DNA of 64,000 bases, from contig JAGCUZ010000067.1 in assembly GCA_017962615.1 (NCBI GenBank), positions 1,017 to 65,016 of the forward strand, given 5' to 3'. The stretch's first letter is position 1; every line of letters begins with the position of its first letter. Below, in pieces: positions 39,562 to 48,026 of this stretch. The stretch is from Bacteroidales bacterium. Lineage in GTDB: Bacteria; Bacteroidota; Bacteroidia; Bacteroidales; P3. The position numbers and the translations under genes were made by a program. The notes under the pieces were generated by a model. The model saw nothing but the letters and a program-made list of their open reading frames with translations. It was not told the DNA's origin and did not search any database.

Positions 39562-41913
39562 ATGCATAAATATTGGTTTAAGTATATACCCTTCCTGCTT
39601 CTGCTTTTGGCCGTAGGATGCCGTAAAAAGGATTCGGTGATTACTTTCACGGCGACGATGGAAGAGCCGCGGGGCGACGATAAAACATACCTTGTCGACG
39701 AGAGGATTGTGTATTGGAAGTCGGGCGACCGCATATCGACATTCTCCGACCTGGACAACAACTCGACGGGTACACCCAATGCGGTGGGCACTCTTGAGCA
39801 GAATCACTACACGGATCATGCCAACGGCTTGTTCCGTGCCGCTTTGGCACACGCGGAGCCTGCCGAAGTGCTGGCGCTGTACCCATACAATGAGGATAAT
39901 CAGTCTCAGTATTCGTCGGAGTTCAGCAACATCATAATCAACATCCCCAAGACTCAGGAATACGAGTCGGACGAGACCTTTGCCAACGACTGCTTCCCCA
40001 TGGTGGCATGGGCCGAGGTGGGCAGCCCGTTCTACCTCAACTTCCATGCTCTTGCTGGACTGGTGCGCCTGCAGCTGTTCTCGACTACGACAACGAAGAA
40101 TATATCGAGCATCGTGTTCGAAGAGCAATCGGGTGCTGGTAGCAGCCGCAAACCTATTTGCCAGCAGTTTTACGTGAAAGGCTATAGTGCCGCCGAACCG
40201 TATCTGACTTATCTCGCGGGTCCTGACGATGATAATAGTAAGGTTACAATCAACTGCTCGGGCGGTGGTAAACGTATATCGTCGGGCGCGGATGGCATTG
40301 CCACGTTCTACCTCTCGTTGCCTTACGTGCCTTCGGGTGGCAACGACTACACCACCTACAGGTTGACCATGACGGTGCTCACAACCGACAGCAAGCAGTG
40401 CAAGAAGACTTTCAACGTTACCATAAAGCGCAACACCATAACGAAGGTCCCGGCCCTGAACATTACCGAATGGGCAGCGGTGGGCGGCGGCAACGGCACC
40501 GCCTCGGCCGAGCTGGTGGGCAACGGCACCACGACGAAGCCTTTCCAGATATACACCGATGCCGACATGCGTGTGGTGCGCAACGCCTACAACGGCGGCG
40601 GTACCATCAACGGTATGCCGCTGAGGGATGGCATGGTGTTCCAGGTGATGCGGTCGGACATCCGTCTCACCACCTCGAACTGGACTGAGGGTATTCAGGA
40701 CTTCACCGGCGTGCTTACCTACAGGGCCAACGACCCCGACGTGCCGGGCATCACCAACGACAGCTACAGCCCTATCTTTGAGTCGATAGCTCCCGAAGGT
40801 CAGGTTGAAGGTCTCACGGTGAAGGCCACGATATCGCGCTCGGTAACCGAGCCGCTCTACTTCTCGCCGTTCTGCTACGACAACAAGGGCACCATCAACA
40901 AATGCAAGTTGGCCAGCACGGCTACGGTGTCGTTCACCTCGACGGTGTCGGAGGTCGAGAGTGCCGGCGTTGGCGGCCTTTGCGTGAATAACTACGGCAC
41001 GATAGAGGCCTCGTCGTCAGGGGCGCGTCTGTCGGCCGTGAACCATATCTGTGCAGGTATCTGCCTCTTCAACCATGCCACGGTGACGTCGAGTTACATC
41101 ACCTCGCCGGGTACGCTGACGGGCACGAGGGTGGCTGGCATAGTGTACGAAAACGAGGGCGATGTGTCCGACTCGTACTTTGCCACCAATGTCGACCACT
41201 CCACGGCCGATGTGGGCTGCATAGTCTACCGCAACCGCGATGGCCGTGTCAGCAACTGCATGGTGATGAGCTCTGGTATTGTGAACACGTCGGGCACCTA
41301 CGGCGGCATTGTGCATACCTGCACTGGGGGCGAGATTAACTATTGCCGCAACATATCCGACCTGGTGAATGTAGGCGGTTCGGCTGGCAACCCGTCGTAC
41401 GGCGGCATCGTGTGCAGCATGGAGAACGGAAGGGTGATTAACAGCTTCTGCGACATCCCCGGTACCAGCGTTAACGTGACCAACGGCTACGCCGGAGGTG
41501 TGATTGGGTCTATCACCGGCGGTGAAGTCCGCAACTGTTTTGCCCGCTACCTTTTGGGTGGTGGTGCCGATGTGGGCTCGTTCGTGGGTAATGCCGATGC
41601 TGGCGATATAGCCAACTGCTACGGCTGGAGCGACGATGGAACCACCGATTTCCAAGGAATTATGGGAGGCACTTCCTACGACAATGTGTTCAATTACAAC
41701 GTTGGCACCGATGTCACCGCCTCGTTTGTGGATGCCGGCTCCATATGCCCGTTGTCGCATACTGTCAACGACTGCGACGACCTCTTGACCGTTCTTAACA
41801 AATGGGTCAATAACAACGGCGGCGACTATATGAGCTGGATAGAGGCCGGCGGCGGCAGTCCCCAACCTCTCATCGACGGCGCTATCTACGCCAAGAAAGG
41901 CATACGGTACTAA
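39562..41913 (+). CDS. Cell-surface lipoprotein with a GLUG-like repeat region
   Basis: Start chosen at MHKYWFKYIPFLLLLLAVGC, which has a lipobox (LAVGC). The listed ORF starts 15 codons earlier. The central and C-terminal part runs GNGTTTKPFQIYTDADMRVV..., then GVGGLCVNN, RVAGIVYEN, YGGIVHTC, YGGIVCSM and GYAGGVIGS repeats. There is no T9SS CTD. Confidence 0.85.
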   Translation: MHKYWFKYIPFLLLLLAVGCRKKDSVITFTATMEEPRGDDKTYLVDERIVYWKSGDRISTFSDLDNNSTGTPNAVGTLEQNHYTDHANGLFRAALAHAEPAEVLALYPYNEDNQSQYSSEFSNIIINIPKTQEYESDETFANDCFPMVAWAEVGSPFYLNFHALAGLVRLQLFSTTTTKNISSIVFEEQSGAGSSRKPICQQFYVKGYSAAEPYLTYLAGPDDDNSKVTINCSGGGKRISSGADGIATFYLSLPYVPSGGNDYTTYRLTMTVLTTDSKQCKKTFNVTIKRNTITKVPALNITEWAAVGGGNGTASAELVGNGTTTKPFQIYTDADMRVVRNAYNGGGTINGMPLRDGMVFQVMRSDIRLTTSNWTEGIQDFTGVLTYRANDPDVPGITNDSYSPIFESIAPEGQVEGLTVKATISRSVTEPLYFSPFCYDNKGTINKCKLASTATVSFTSTVSEVESAGVGGLCVNNYGTIEASSSGARLSAVNHICAGICLFNHATVTSSYITSPGTLTGTRVAGIVYENEGDVSDSYFATNVDHSTADVGCIVYRNRDGRVSNCMVMSSGIVNTSGTYGGIVHTCTGGEINYCRNISDLVNVGGSAGNPSYGGIVCSMENGRVINSFCDIPGTSVNVTNGYAGGVIGSITGGEVRNCFARYLLGGGADVGSFVGNADAGDIANCYGWSDDGTTDFQGIMGGTSYDNVFNYNVGTDVTASFVDAGSICPLSHTVNDCDDLLTVLNKWVNNNGGDYMSWIEAGGGSPQPLIDGAIYAKKGIRY

Positions 41914-41980
41914 ACAGCGGCTTATCCCGCTGTCGCGACCGGATGGGAGCAACGCCCCTCTATTGAGGAAGCACGCGTGA

Positions 41981-42562
41981 CTATTCCCGTATAACTACCG
42001 GCTCCTTGTCAGGTAGAAGTTTTACGATGCGTGAACTGCGCCCGCAGCCTGCAAAGGATTTCAATGCGGGCACGTCGTAGTCGACCATGGTCCGGAGTGC
42101 AGTGTCTATATCTTCGTGACTTTGTGGTGACGGCGAACCTGAGAAATTGGCCGAGGTGCTTACTATAGGTCCACCAACGGCTTGCAGCAACTGTTCGCAG
42201 AACGCGTGGCGAGGATAGCGCACGCCTATGCTCCCGTCCTCGGCAACGAGGTTCTTGGCAACGGGCCACGGCAGCCAGTCGGCTGGCACTATATAAGTGG
42301 TGGGCCTGTCATCGCGGGGCAGCAATACCGATGTTCTTTCATGGTTTCGCGCTTGCCATTCAGCGGCAGCGTCCCATAGAGCAAGCACCAGCATGCTCTT
42401 GCTGTGGTCGCGCCCTTTCACCGCGTATATCCGTTCCACGGCAGCGCTATTGCCTGCATCGCAGCCGATGCCCCATATAGTGTCTGTCGGGTACAGCACA
42501 ATGCCCCCTTTGCGCATCGTGGCGGCAGCGTGCTCTATGTATTCTTTCCCCTGCATGGTCAT
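41981..42562 (-). CDS. tsaC: L-threonylcarbamoyladenylate synthase (YrdC/TsaC family)
   Basis: 193-aa ORF with GGIVLYPTDTIWGIGCDA...AVERIYAVKGRDHSKSMLVL...STSANFSGSPSP, typical of the YrdC domain. Confidence 0.85.
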   Translation of the reverse strand: MTMQGKEYIEHAAATMRKGGIVLYPTDTIWGIGCDAGNSAAVERIYAVKGRDHSKSMLVLALWDAAAEWQARNHERTSVLLPRDDRPTTYIVPADWLPWPVAKNLVAEDGSIGVRYPRHAFCEQLLQAVGGPIVSTSANFSGSPSPQSHEDIDTALRTMVDYDVPALKSFAGCGRSSRIVKLLPDKEPVVIRE

Positions 42563-42741
42563 GATTATATAACTATAAACGGGCTTCTTTATTGTGGTAT
42601 GGGCTATGTGCTGAGTGTAAAAACGTCTTTTGTTGCAACTTTTTTTGTACGTATCAAAAAATAGTCGTACCTTTGCAACCGCAATTGTGGGTATGAAGTA
42701 GTGCTGATTTTGCTGTCAATCTGCTCATACACACAGATATT

Positions 42742-42829
42742 GGAAAGGTGCTCGAGTGGTTGAAGAGGCCCGCCTGGAAAGCGAGTAAGCGTTAAAAGCG
42801 CTTCAAGGGTTCGAATCCCTTCCTTTCCG
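42742..42829 (+). tRNA. tRNA-Ser (anticodon GGA)
   Basis: The acceptor stem GGAAAGG/CCTTTCC is followed by discriminator G. The D-arm is GCTCGAGTGGTTGAAGAGG and the anticodon loop is CTGGAAA. There is a long variable arm, as in class II tRNAs. The T-arm is GGGTTCGAATCCC. CCA is not encoded. Confidence 0.93.
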
Positions 42830-42839
42830 CTGAATGCAA

Positions 42840-42882
42840 AAAGGGGAGAAGTCTGCATGTGCGACTCCTCCCTTTTCTTTTG
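42840..42882. terminator. Bidirectional rho-independent terminator (tRNA-Ser / convergent kinase gene)
   Basis: GGGAGAAGTC pairs with GACTCCTCCC (one mismatch). TTTTCTTTT lies on the + side and an A-run (T-run on the - strand) on the other side. Confidence 0.6.
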
Positions 42883-42900
42883 TCCTTTGTTGCCTTATGA

Positions 42901-43731
42901 TTAGTGCTTTTCGTAGAAGGTCGGTGCCTTTATGATACAGTCTACGGCTATGCCTCTGCGTTTGGCTATGGCTGTCAGCAGCTCGCCGAAGGCGTCGGCC
43001 ACGCTCCCCACCAGCCGCAGCCTGTCGCTCATGGGCAGTTGCATAGTCCGCGCCTGTCGCTCTAATGGTATGACCTGATGGTCGAAGTAGGCCTCGAAGC
43101 ATCGTTCCAGCAGCTCCTTCATGTAAGGCTCGTCTTTGTGCAAGGCCGCGAAAGGTGCCAGCGAAGCCAGCCATCGGTTGGCTCCTCCTGTGCGATACAG
43201 GTGCTCTATAACCGTCGGATAGTCCAGCTTATAGCTCTCTACGAACTCCTCTCTCAGCTCCTTGGGCATCCTCTGTTCCATGGCCTCTTTGAGCAGCATG
43301 CGTCCTATGTGGTTACCGCTGCCTTCGTCGCCAAGTATGTAGCCCAGCGACAGCCCTTTCAGTTTGATGCCACGGCCGTCGTAGTAGCAGACGTTCGAGC
43401 CAGTGCCCAATATGCCCGTCATGCCGACCTCGTTGCCGTAGCAGGCGCGGCAGGCTCCCAGCAGGTCCGACCCCACCGTAACTTTTGCCTTGGTAAAGGC
43501 CTGTCGCAGCAGTCGTTCCACGCGTCGGCAGCTCTCCTCGGTGCCGCATCCGGCACCGTAGAAGCGTACCTCGTCGGGCTCGCAGGGGGCTATGGCCTTG
43601 GCCACTTCGGCGAAAGCCGCCGTCATGGCATCGTCGTCGGTGGTCAGCGGGTTAAGTCCTTGGGTGTCAACCCTGCGGTTGTCTATGTACCATGCAGTCT
43701 TGGTCGACCCGCTGTCGGCTGTGAGTGTCAT
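42901..43731 (-). CDS. BadF/BadG/BcrA/BcrD-type ATPase; N-acetylglucosamine kinase-like
   Basis: 276-aa ORF with the N-terminal phosphate-1 motif LTADSGSTKTAW and GILGTGSN, typical of this ASKHA sugar-kinase family. Confidence 0.7.
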   Translation of the reverse strand: MTLTADSGSTKTAWYIDNRRVDTQGLNPLTTDDDAMTAAFAEVAKAIAPCEPDEVRFYGAGCGTEESCRRVERLLRQAFTKAKVTVGSDLLGACRACYGNEVGMTGILGTGSNVCYYDGRGIKLKGLSLGYILGDEGSGNHIGRMLLKEAMEQRMPKELREEFVESYKLDYPTVIEHLYRTGGANRWLASLAPFAALHKDEPYMKELLERCFEAYFDHQVIPLERQARTMQLPMSDRLRLVGSVADAFGELLTAIAKRRGIAVDCIIKAPTFYEKH

Positions 43732-43740
43732 GAGATGTCG

Positions 43741-44643
43741 TTAGATGATGCCTATTATCTTGTTGATGTCGTCGATGTTGTGCCTGTCGCAGTACTCTTC
43801 GAGTCCATCCACTATCTTCATGGTCACGGCGGGGTCTATGAAGTTGGCCGTGCCAACCTCCACGGCGCGAGCGCCGGCCATGAGGAACTCCAGAGCGTCG
43901 TTGGCGTTGCTGATGCCGCCAAGGCCCACGACGGGTATCTTCACCGCCTTTGCCACCTGCCACACGCAGCGTACCGCCACAGGCTTCACGCATGGGCCGC
44001 TGAGGCCGCCCGTCACCGTGCTAAGCATCGGTTTGCGGTGTTCCACGTCCACCGCCATGCCCAGCAGGGTGTTGATGAGCGACACGCTGTCGGCTCCGGC
44101 ATCCTCTACAGCCTTGGCTATGTCAACTATGCTGGTCACGTTAGGCGTCAGCTTCACAATCAGAGTCTTGCCGTACACGTCCCTGACGGCGCGCACCACC
44201 TGTGCCGCCATGGCGGGGTCGGTGCCGAATCCCATGCCGCCCTTCTTCACGTTGGGACAGCTGATGTTCAGCTCGATGGCGGGAATACGCTCCAAGGCGT
44301 CGATTTGTCGCGCCACGTCGCAGTACTCCTCTATGCTCGACCCGCTCACGTTCACCACCACGTTGGTATCGTATTGCGCCACGCGTGGATACACCTCTTT
44401 GCAGAACGCCTCCACGCCCATGTTCTGTAGGCCCACGGCGTTGAGCATCCCCGACGGGGTTTCGGCCATGCGGGGGTAGGGGTTGCCTTCGCGGTGCTGG
44501 CCCGTGGTGCCTTTCACCACTATGCCGCCCAGGCGGCCCAGGTCGATGAAGTCGCTGAACTCCTCGCCGTAGCCGAAGGTGCCCGAGGCCGTCATCACCG
44601 GGTTCTTAAGATGCATCTTGCCTATATCTGTCGATAGTTTCAT
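43741..44643 (-). CDS. pyrD: Dihydroorotate dehydrogenase (class 1B) catalytic subunit
   Basis: 300-aa ORF with [34 protein letters not shown] and GGLSGP motifs. It is adjacent to pyrK. Confidence 0.92.
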   Translation of the reverse strand: MKLSTDIGKMHLKNPVMTASGTFGYGEEFSDFIDLGRLGGIVVKGTTGQHREGNPYPRMAETPSGMLNAVGLQNMGVEAFCKEVYPRVAQYDTNVVVNVSGSSIEEYCDVARQIDALERIPAIELNISCPNVKKGGMGFGTDPAMAAQVVRAVRDVYGKTLIVKLTPNVTSIVDIAKAVEDAGADSVSLINTLLGMAVDVEHRKPMLSTVTGGLSGPCVKPVAVRCVWQVAKAVKIPVVGLGGISNANDALEFLMAGARAVEVGTANFIDPAVTMKIVDGLEEYCDRHNIDDINKIIGII

Positions 44644-44661
44644 ATCTCTTTGTTTCTTTTG

Positions 44662-45447
44662 TTATTCGTTATCCCATCCCAGCGTCTGCGGGGTGAACAC
44701 CGGCCCCTCTTTGCACACGCATTTATGTCCCTCGCGCGTCTCGGTGACGCAGCAAAGGCATGCGCCCACGCCGCAGGCCATGCGGTTCTCAAGCGACACC
44801 TCGCACGGCACTCCGCGGCGCACAGCCTCGCGTGCAACGGCACGCATCATCGGCGTCGGGCCGCAGCACAGTATGGCGTCGTAATCCTTGCCAAACACGC
44901 TGTGCTGTGTAACCAGCCCCTTCTCGCCGAGGCTGCCGTCTTCGGTGGAGTAGTGCACATGTGCGCCTTCCACCGCCTCGAAGCGCTCGCGCGAGGCTAT
45001 GAGGCCCGCCGTGCGTCCGCCGAGCAGCAGGGTGGGGGAGGCCCCTTGCGCCGTAAGGCAGCGTGACAGGTACAGCAGCGGCGCCACTCCGGCACCTCCG
45101 CCCACCAGCAGCGGCCTCTGCGGCACGAAGCCTATGCCGTGCAGGAATCCTTTGCCCAGGGGGTATACAAGGCTCACACGCTCGCCTTCGCCAATCTGCG
45201 ACAGCCTGCGCGTGCCGTTGCCCACCACCTGCACCAGCAGCGTCAGGCGGTTGTGCTCACGGTCCACGTCGTGCACCGATATGGGGCGGCGCAGCATCAC
45301 CTCGCGGCTTCCCTTGACCTCCACCTCCACAAACTGTCCGGCCTCTATCTCGGGCAGCTCTCCGGGGTGCTCCAGCTCCATGGCAAAGTAGGCATCGCCG
45401 TACACACGCCGTCCTACAACGGTGAAATCTGTTATATACTTCTTCAT
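44662..45447 (-). CDS. pyrK: Dihydroorotate dehydrogenase electron-transfer subunit (FAD/2Fe-2S)
   Basis: 261-aa ORF with the RRPISV flavin motif and the C-terminal cluster motif MACGVGACLCCV. It lies immediately upstream of pyrD. Confidence 0.88.
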   Translation of the reverse strand: MKKYITDFTVVGRRVYGDAYFAMELEHPGELPEIEAGQFVEVEVKGSREVMLRRPISVHDVDREHNRLTLLVQVVGNGTRRLSQIGEGERVSLVYPLGKGFLHGIGFVPQRPLLVGGGAGVAPLLYLSRCLTAQGASPTLLLGGRTAGLIASRERFEAVEGAHVHYSTEDGSLGEKGLVTQHSVFGKDYDAILCCGPTPMMRAVAREAVRRGVPCEVSLENRMACGVGACLCCVTETREGHKCVCKEGPVFTPQTLGWDNE

Positions 45448-45529
45448 ATACAGTTGTTTGTATAAAACAATCCTCGTTATTTTGTTTTACAAATATACGA
45501 TTTTTTTCTTTATTGCGTTAATAAACTTT

Positions 45530-46144
45530 ATGAACCAAATCCCATCCGCCATCCTTGAGAATGCCGTCGAGGCCTTCGCCACGCTGCCGGGCGTGGGCAA
45601 CCGCACAGCCCTGCGCTATGCCCTGCACCTGATGCAGCAGCCCGACGCCTCGGTGACCACCTTCCTCAACGCCCTCTCGCGCCTCAAGACCGACCTGCAC
45701 CGCTGCTCGCGCTGCCACTGCGTCAGCGACACCGAGCTGTGCCCCGTCTGCTCCAATCCCAAGCGCGACCAAGGCATCATCTGTGTGGTGGAGAACATAC
45801 AGGACGTAATGGCCATCGAGAACACACGCCAGTACCAAGGCCTCTACCACGTCCTCGGCGGCGTCATCTCGCCCATCGACGGCGTTGGCATCGGCGACCT
45901 CAACATAGCGTCGCTCCTTCAGCGCGTGCAGCAGGAGCCCGTTCGCGAGGTCATCCTCGCGCTCCCAACCACCATGGAGGGCGACACCACCAACTACTAC
46001 CTCAACAAGCAGCTCAAGCAGTTCCCGCTGCAAGTCACCACCATAGCGCGCGGCATCGCCATCGGCGACAACCTCGAGTTCGCCGACGAGGTCACCCTCG
46101 GCCGCTCTCTCCTCAACCGCGTCCCGTTCGACAATATAGCTTAA
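45530..46144 (+). CDS. recR: Recombination protein RecR
   Basis: Start chosen at MNQIPSAILENAVEAFATLPGVGNRTALRYALHL. The protein has a C4 zinc finger (CSRCHCVSDTELCPVC) and a Toprim region. The 36 upstream codons of the listed ORF translate an AT-rich promoter region. Confidence 0.93.
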   Translation: MNQIPSAILENAVEAFATLPGVGNRTALRYALHLMQQPDASVTTFLNALSRLKTDLHRCSRCHCVSDTELCPVCSNPKRDQGIICVVENIQDVMAIENTRQYQGLYHVLGGVISPIDGVGIGDLNIASLLQRVQQEPVREVILALPTTMEGDTTNYYLNKQLKQFPLQVTTIARGIAIGDNLEFADEVTLGRSLLNRVPFDNIA

Positions 46145-46173
46145 CTACAGTACGATAGAGCAAACAACTAAAA

Positions 46174-46276
46174 AAGCCTCGGAGAGGCTTACTCTCAATA
46201 ACCCCTGACAAGCGTAGCGCAGTCTGGGGCTTACAAACAAAAGCCAAATATGCGTCCCGGAGGGACGCGCCCTCGA
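46174..46276 (-). repeat. Three-hairpin GC-rich module, copy C (inverted relative to 15190-15292)
   Basis: The reverse complement reads TCGAGGGCGCGTCCCTCCGGGACGC...CCCCAGACTGCGCTACGCTTGTCAGGGGTTATTGAGAGTAAGCCTCTCCGAGGCTT. Hairpins 2 and 3 are near-identical to copies A and B. Confidence 0.85.
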
Positions 46277-46309
46277 TAAAATAGAAACTATAGTCTAAAA
46301 GAACTTCTT

Positions 46310-47416
46310 ATGAGAAAAATCATCCTCCTGGCCCTGATGCTGCCCCTTGTCGCATCCTGTCAAAACAAGAAACAACGCTCCGCCGACGAGTCCCTGCGGC
46401 GCGACATAGCCCAGATGCTCCTCGTTGGCTTCCGCGGCACAGGCCTCGACGAGGCTCCCCACATACGGCGCGACGTGGCCACCTACGGCATAGGCGGCGT
46501 CATCCTTTTCGAGTACGACGTGCCATCGCAGTCGCGTCCACGCAACATCGCCTCGCCCACGCAGCTGCGCAAGCTCCGCGGCGACCTGCAGGCCCTCTCG
46601 ACCGAGACCCTCCTCATCTCCATCGACCAGGAAGGCGGCAGCGTCAACCGGCTGAAGAAGCAGTACGGCTTCCCCGAGTTCCCCAGCGCCCAGAGCACCG
46701 CCGAGCAGGGCTTCGAGCAGGTGCGCTATGCCGCGCGCCTCACCGCCGACCAGCTCCACAAGGCTGGCATCAACCTCAACTTCGCCCCCTGCGTCGACCT
46801 CAACACCAACCCCGACTGCCCCGTCATCGGACGTCTGCAGCGCAGCTTCTCGGCCGACCCCGCCGTGGTGGCAGGCTGTGCCGCTATATGGGTCGACGAG
46901 CAGCGCAAGCAGCATGTCCTCTCGTGCCTCAAGCACTTCCCGGGCCACGGCAGTGCCTCGGGCGACACCCACGCTGGCGCCGTCGACGTGTCCTCCTCGT
47001 GGGACACCTCCGAGCTTGCACCCTACCGTACCCTTATCGCAGCCAACAAGGTGCAGATGGTCATGACCTCGCACGTCTTCAACAGCCGCCTCGACACCCT
47101 GCCCGCCACGCTCTCCTACAACGTCCTCACCGGCCTGCTGCGTTCTACGCTGCATTTCGACGGCGTCATCGTCACCGACGACCTCGCCATGGGCGCCATG
47201 ACCAAGCAGTTCTCGTTCGACACCATAGTCATCAAGACCGTCCTTGCGGGAGCCGACATGCTCTGCCTCTCCAACAATGGCGCGGAGTACGACCCCGACA
47301 TAGTGCCCAAGACCATCGACATCATCTACAAAGCCGTCAAGCAAGGCCTTATCCCCGAAAGCCGTATCCGCGAGTCCGCCGCCCGCATCCGCGCCCTCAA
47401 GGCCTCCCTCCGCTGA
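46310..47416 (+). CDS. Glycoside hydrolase family 3 beta-N-acetylhexosaminidase-like lipoprotein
   Basis: Lipoprotein signal MRKIILLALMLPLVASC. GH3 N-terminal domain motifs are present (SIDQEGGSVNRL, KHFPGHGSASGDTH, VIVTDDLAMGA). Confidence 0.85.
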   Translation: MRKIILLALMLPLVASCQNKKQRSADESLRRDIAQMLLVGFRGTGLDEAPHIRRDVATYGIGGVILFEYDVPSQSRPRNIASPTQLRKLRGDLQALSTETLLISIDQEGGSVNRLKKQYGFPEFPSAQSTAEQGFEQVRYAARLTADQLHKAGINLNFAPCVDLNTNPDCPVIGRLQRSFSADPAVVAGCAAIWVDEQRKQHVLSCLKHFPGHGSASGDTHAGAVDVSSSWDTSELAPYRTLIAANKVQMVMTSHVFNSRLDTLPATLSYNVLTGLLRSTLHFDGVIVTDDLAMGAMTKQFSFDTIVIKTVLAGADMLCLSNNGAEYDPDIVPKTIDIIYKAVKQGLIPESRIRESAARIRALKASLR

Positions 47417-47520
47417 AGATTTGCCGGCAGTTGTTGCTGCGGTAGATTTCCGAAGGTTTTTCAGATGTGTTTTTATTGCCAAACGGATGTGTTTTTATAG
47501 CACATCCGGCAAGGTCGTTT

Positions 47521-47707
47521 TACCACTTTTTCCACCCTGTTTTTACGCTTTTTTACACCCCGTTTCAGCTCAAATATAGGGTACATTTAGAGAAGGTATA
47601 TAGATGATAAGGAGTTGGTCCCACCAACTCCTTATCATCTATATACTTACGATTTACGTTCTATATACCAAAATCGGGGTGTTTGCGGTTTTTGAAAAGG
47701 GTTTCTG
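47521..47707 (-). repeat. Palindrome-bearing intergenic repeat, copy 2 (contains a perfect 49-bp palindrome at 47597-47645)
   Basis: TATATAGATGATAAGGAGTTGGT-CCC-ACCAACTCCTTATCATCTATATA has 23-bp perfect arms. The flanks match the reverse complement of 12465-12640, including a short GGGGTG/GGGTGGAAAAAG G-rich part. Confidence 0.8.
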
Positions 47708-47998
47708 AATGGTGTGTAATGTGCAGAGGTACAATATTATATGTTTGTGGTTGGGGCGAAAAGTGTGCATGAGGCGAAAATGTGACAATCAGGCTTGAAA
47801 ACGGTGTGTTGTGGGGTACCTCTTGGCGGGTGTTTGGAGGCTATTTTTGTCCTGTCAAGATGTCGTTGGTTTGTGCCTTGCTGGGTGCATCGCGCAGCCG
47901 ACGGTGCGCATGGATAGGTGGGCGGTTTTTTATGGGCTGACGAACAGCGGTTTAGATATATTATTTAAAAAAAAGGCGCACGTTTTATAAAAAAGGCG

Positions 47999-48006
47999 TA
48001 TATTTG
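47999..48006 (+). promoter_or_regulatory. Bacteroidota-type -7 promoter box
   Basis: TATATTTG lies 21 nt upstream of the holB ATG. Confidence 0.4.
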
Positions 48007-48026
48007 CAAGTTAATACGCGTGACAA

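Noticed and set aside
42742-42829. tRNA-Ser as an integration site for a genomic island containing the giant gene.
   Set aside because: No integrase gene, no direct repeat of the tRNA 3' end and no mobility genes were seen in the window. The flanking genes (tsaC, sugar kinase, pyrDK) are housekeeping.
45422-45529. N-terminal extension of the recR ORF (MKSVIYFFIYSCLYKTILVILFYKY...).
   Set aside because: It translates the AT-rich divergent promoter region and overlaps the pyrK start. The canonical RecR N-terminus begins at ATG 45530.
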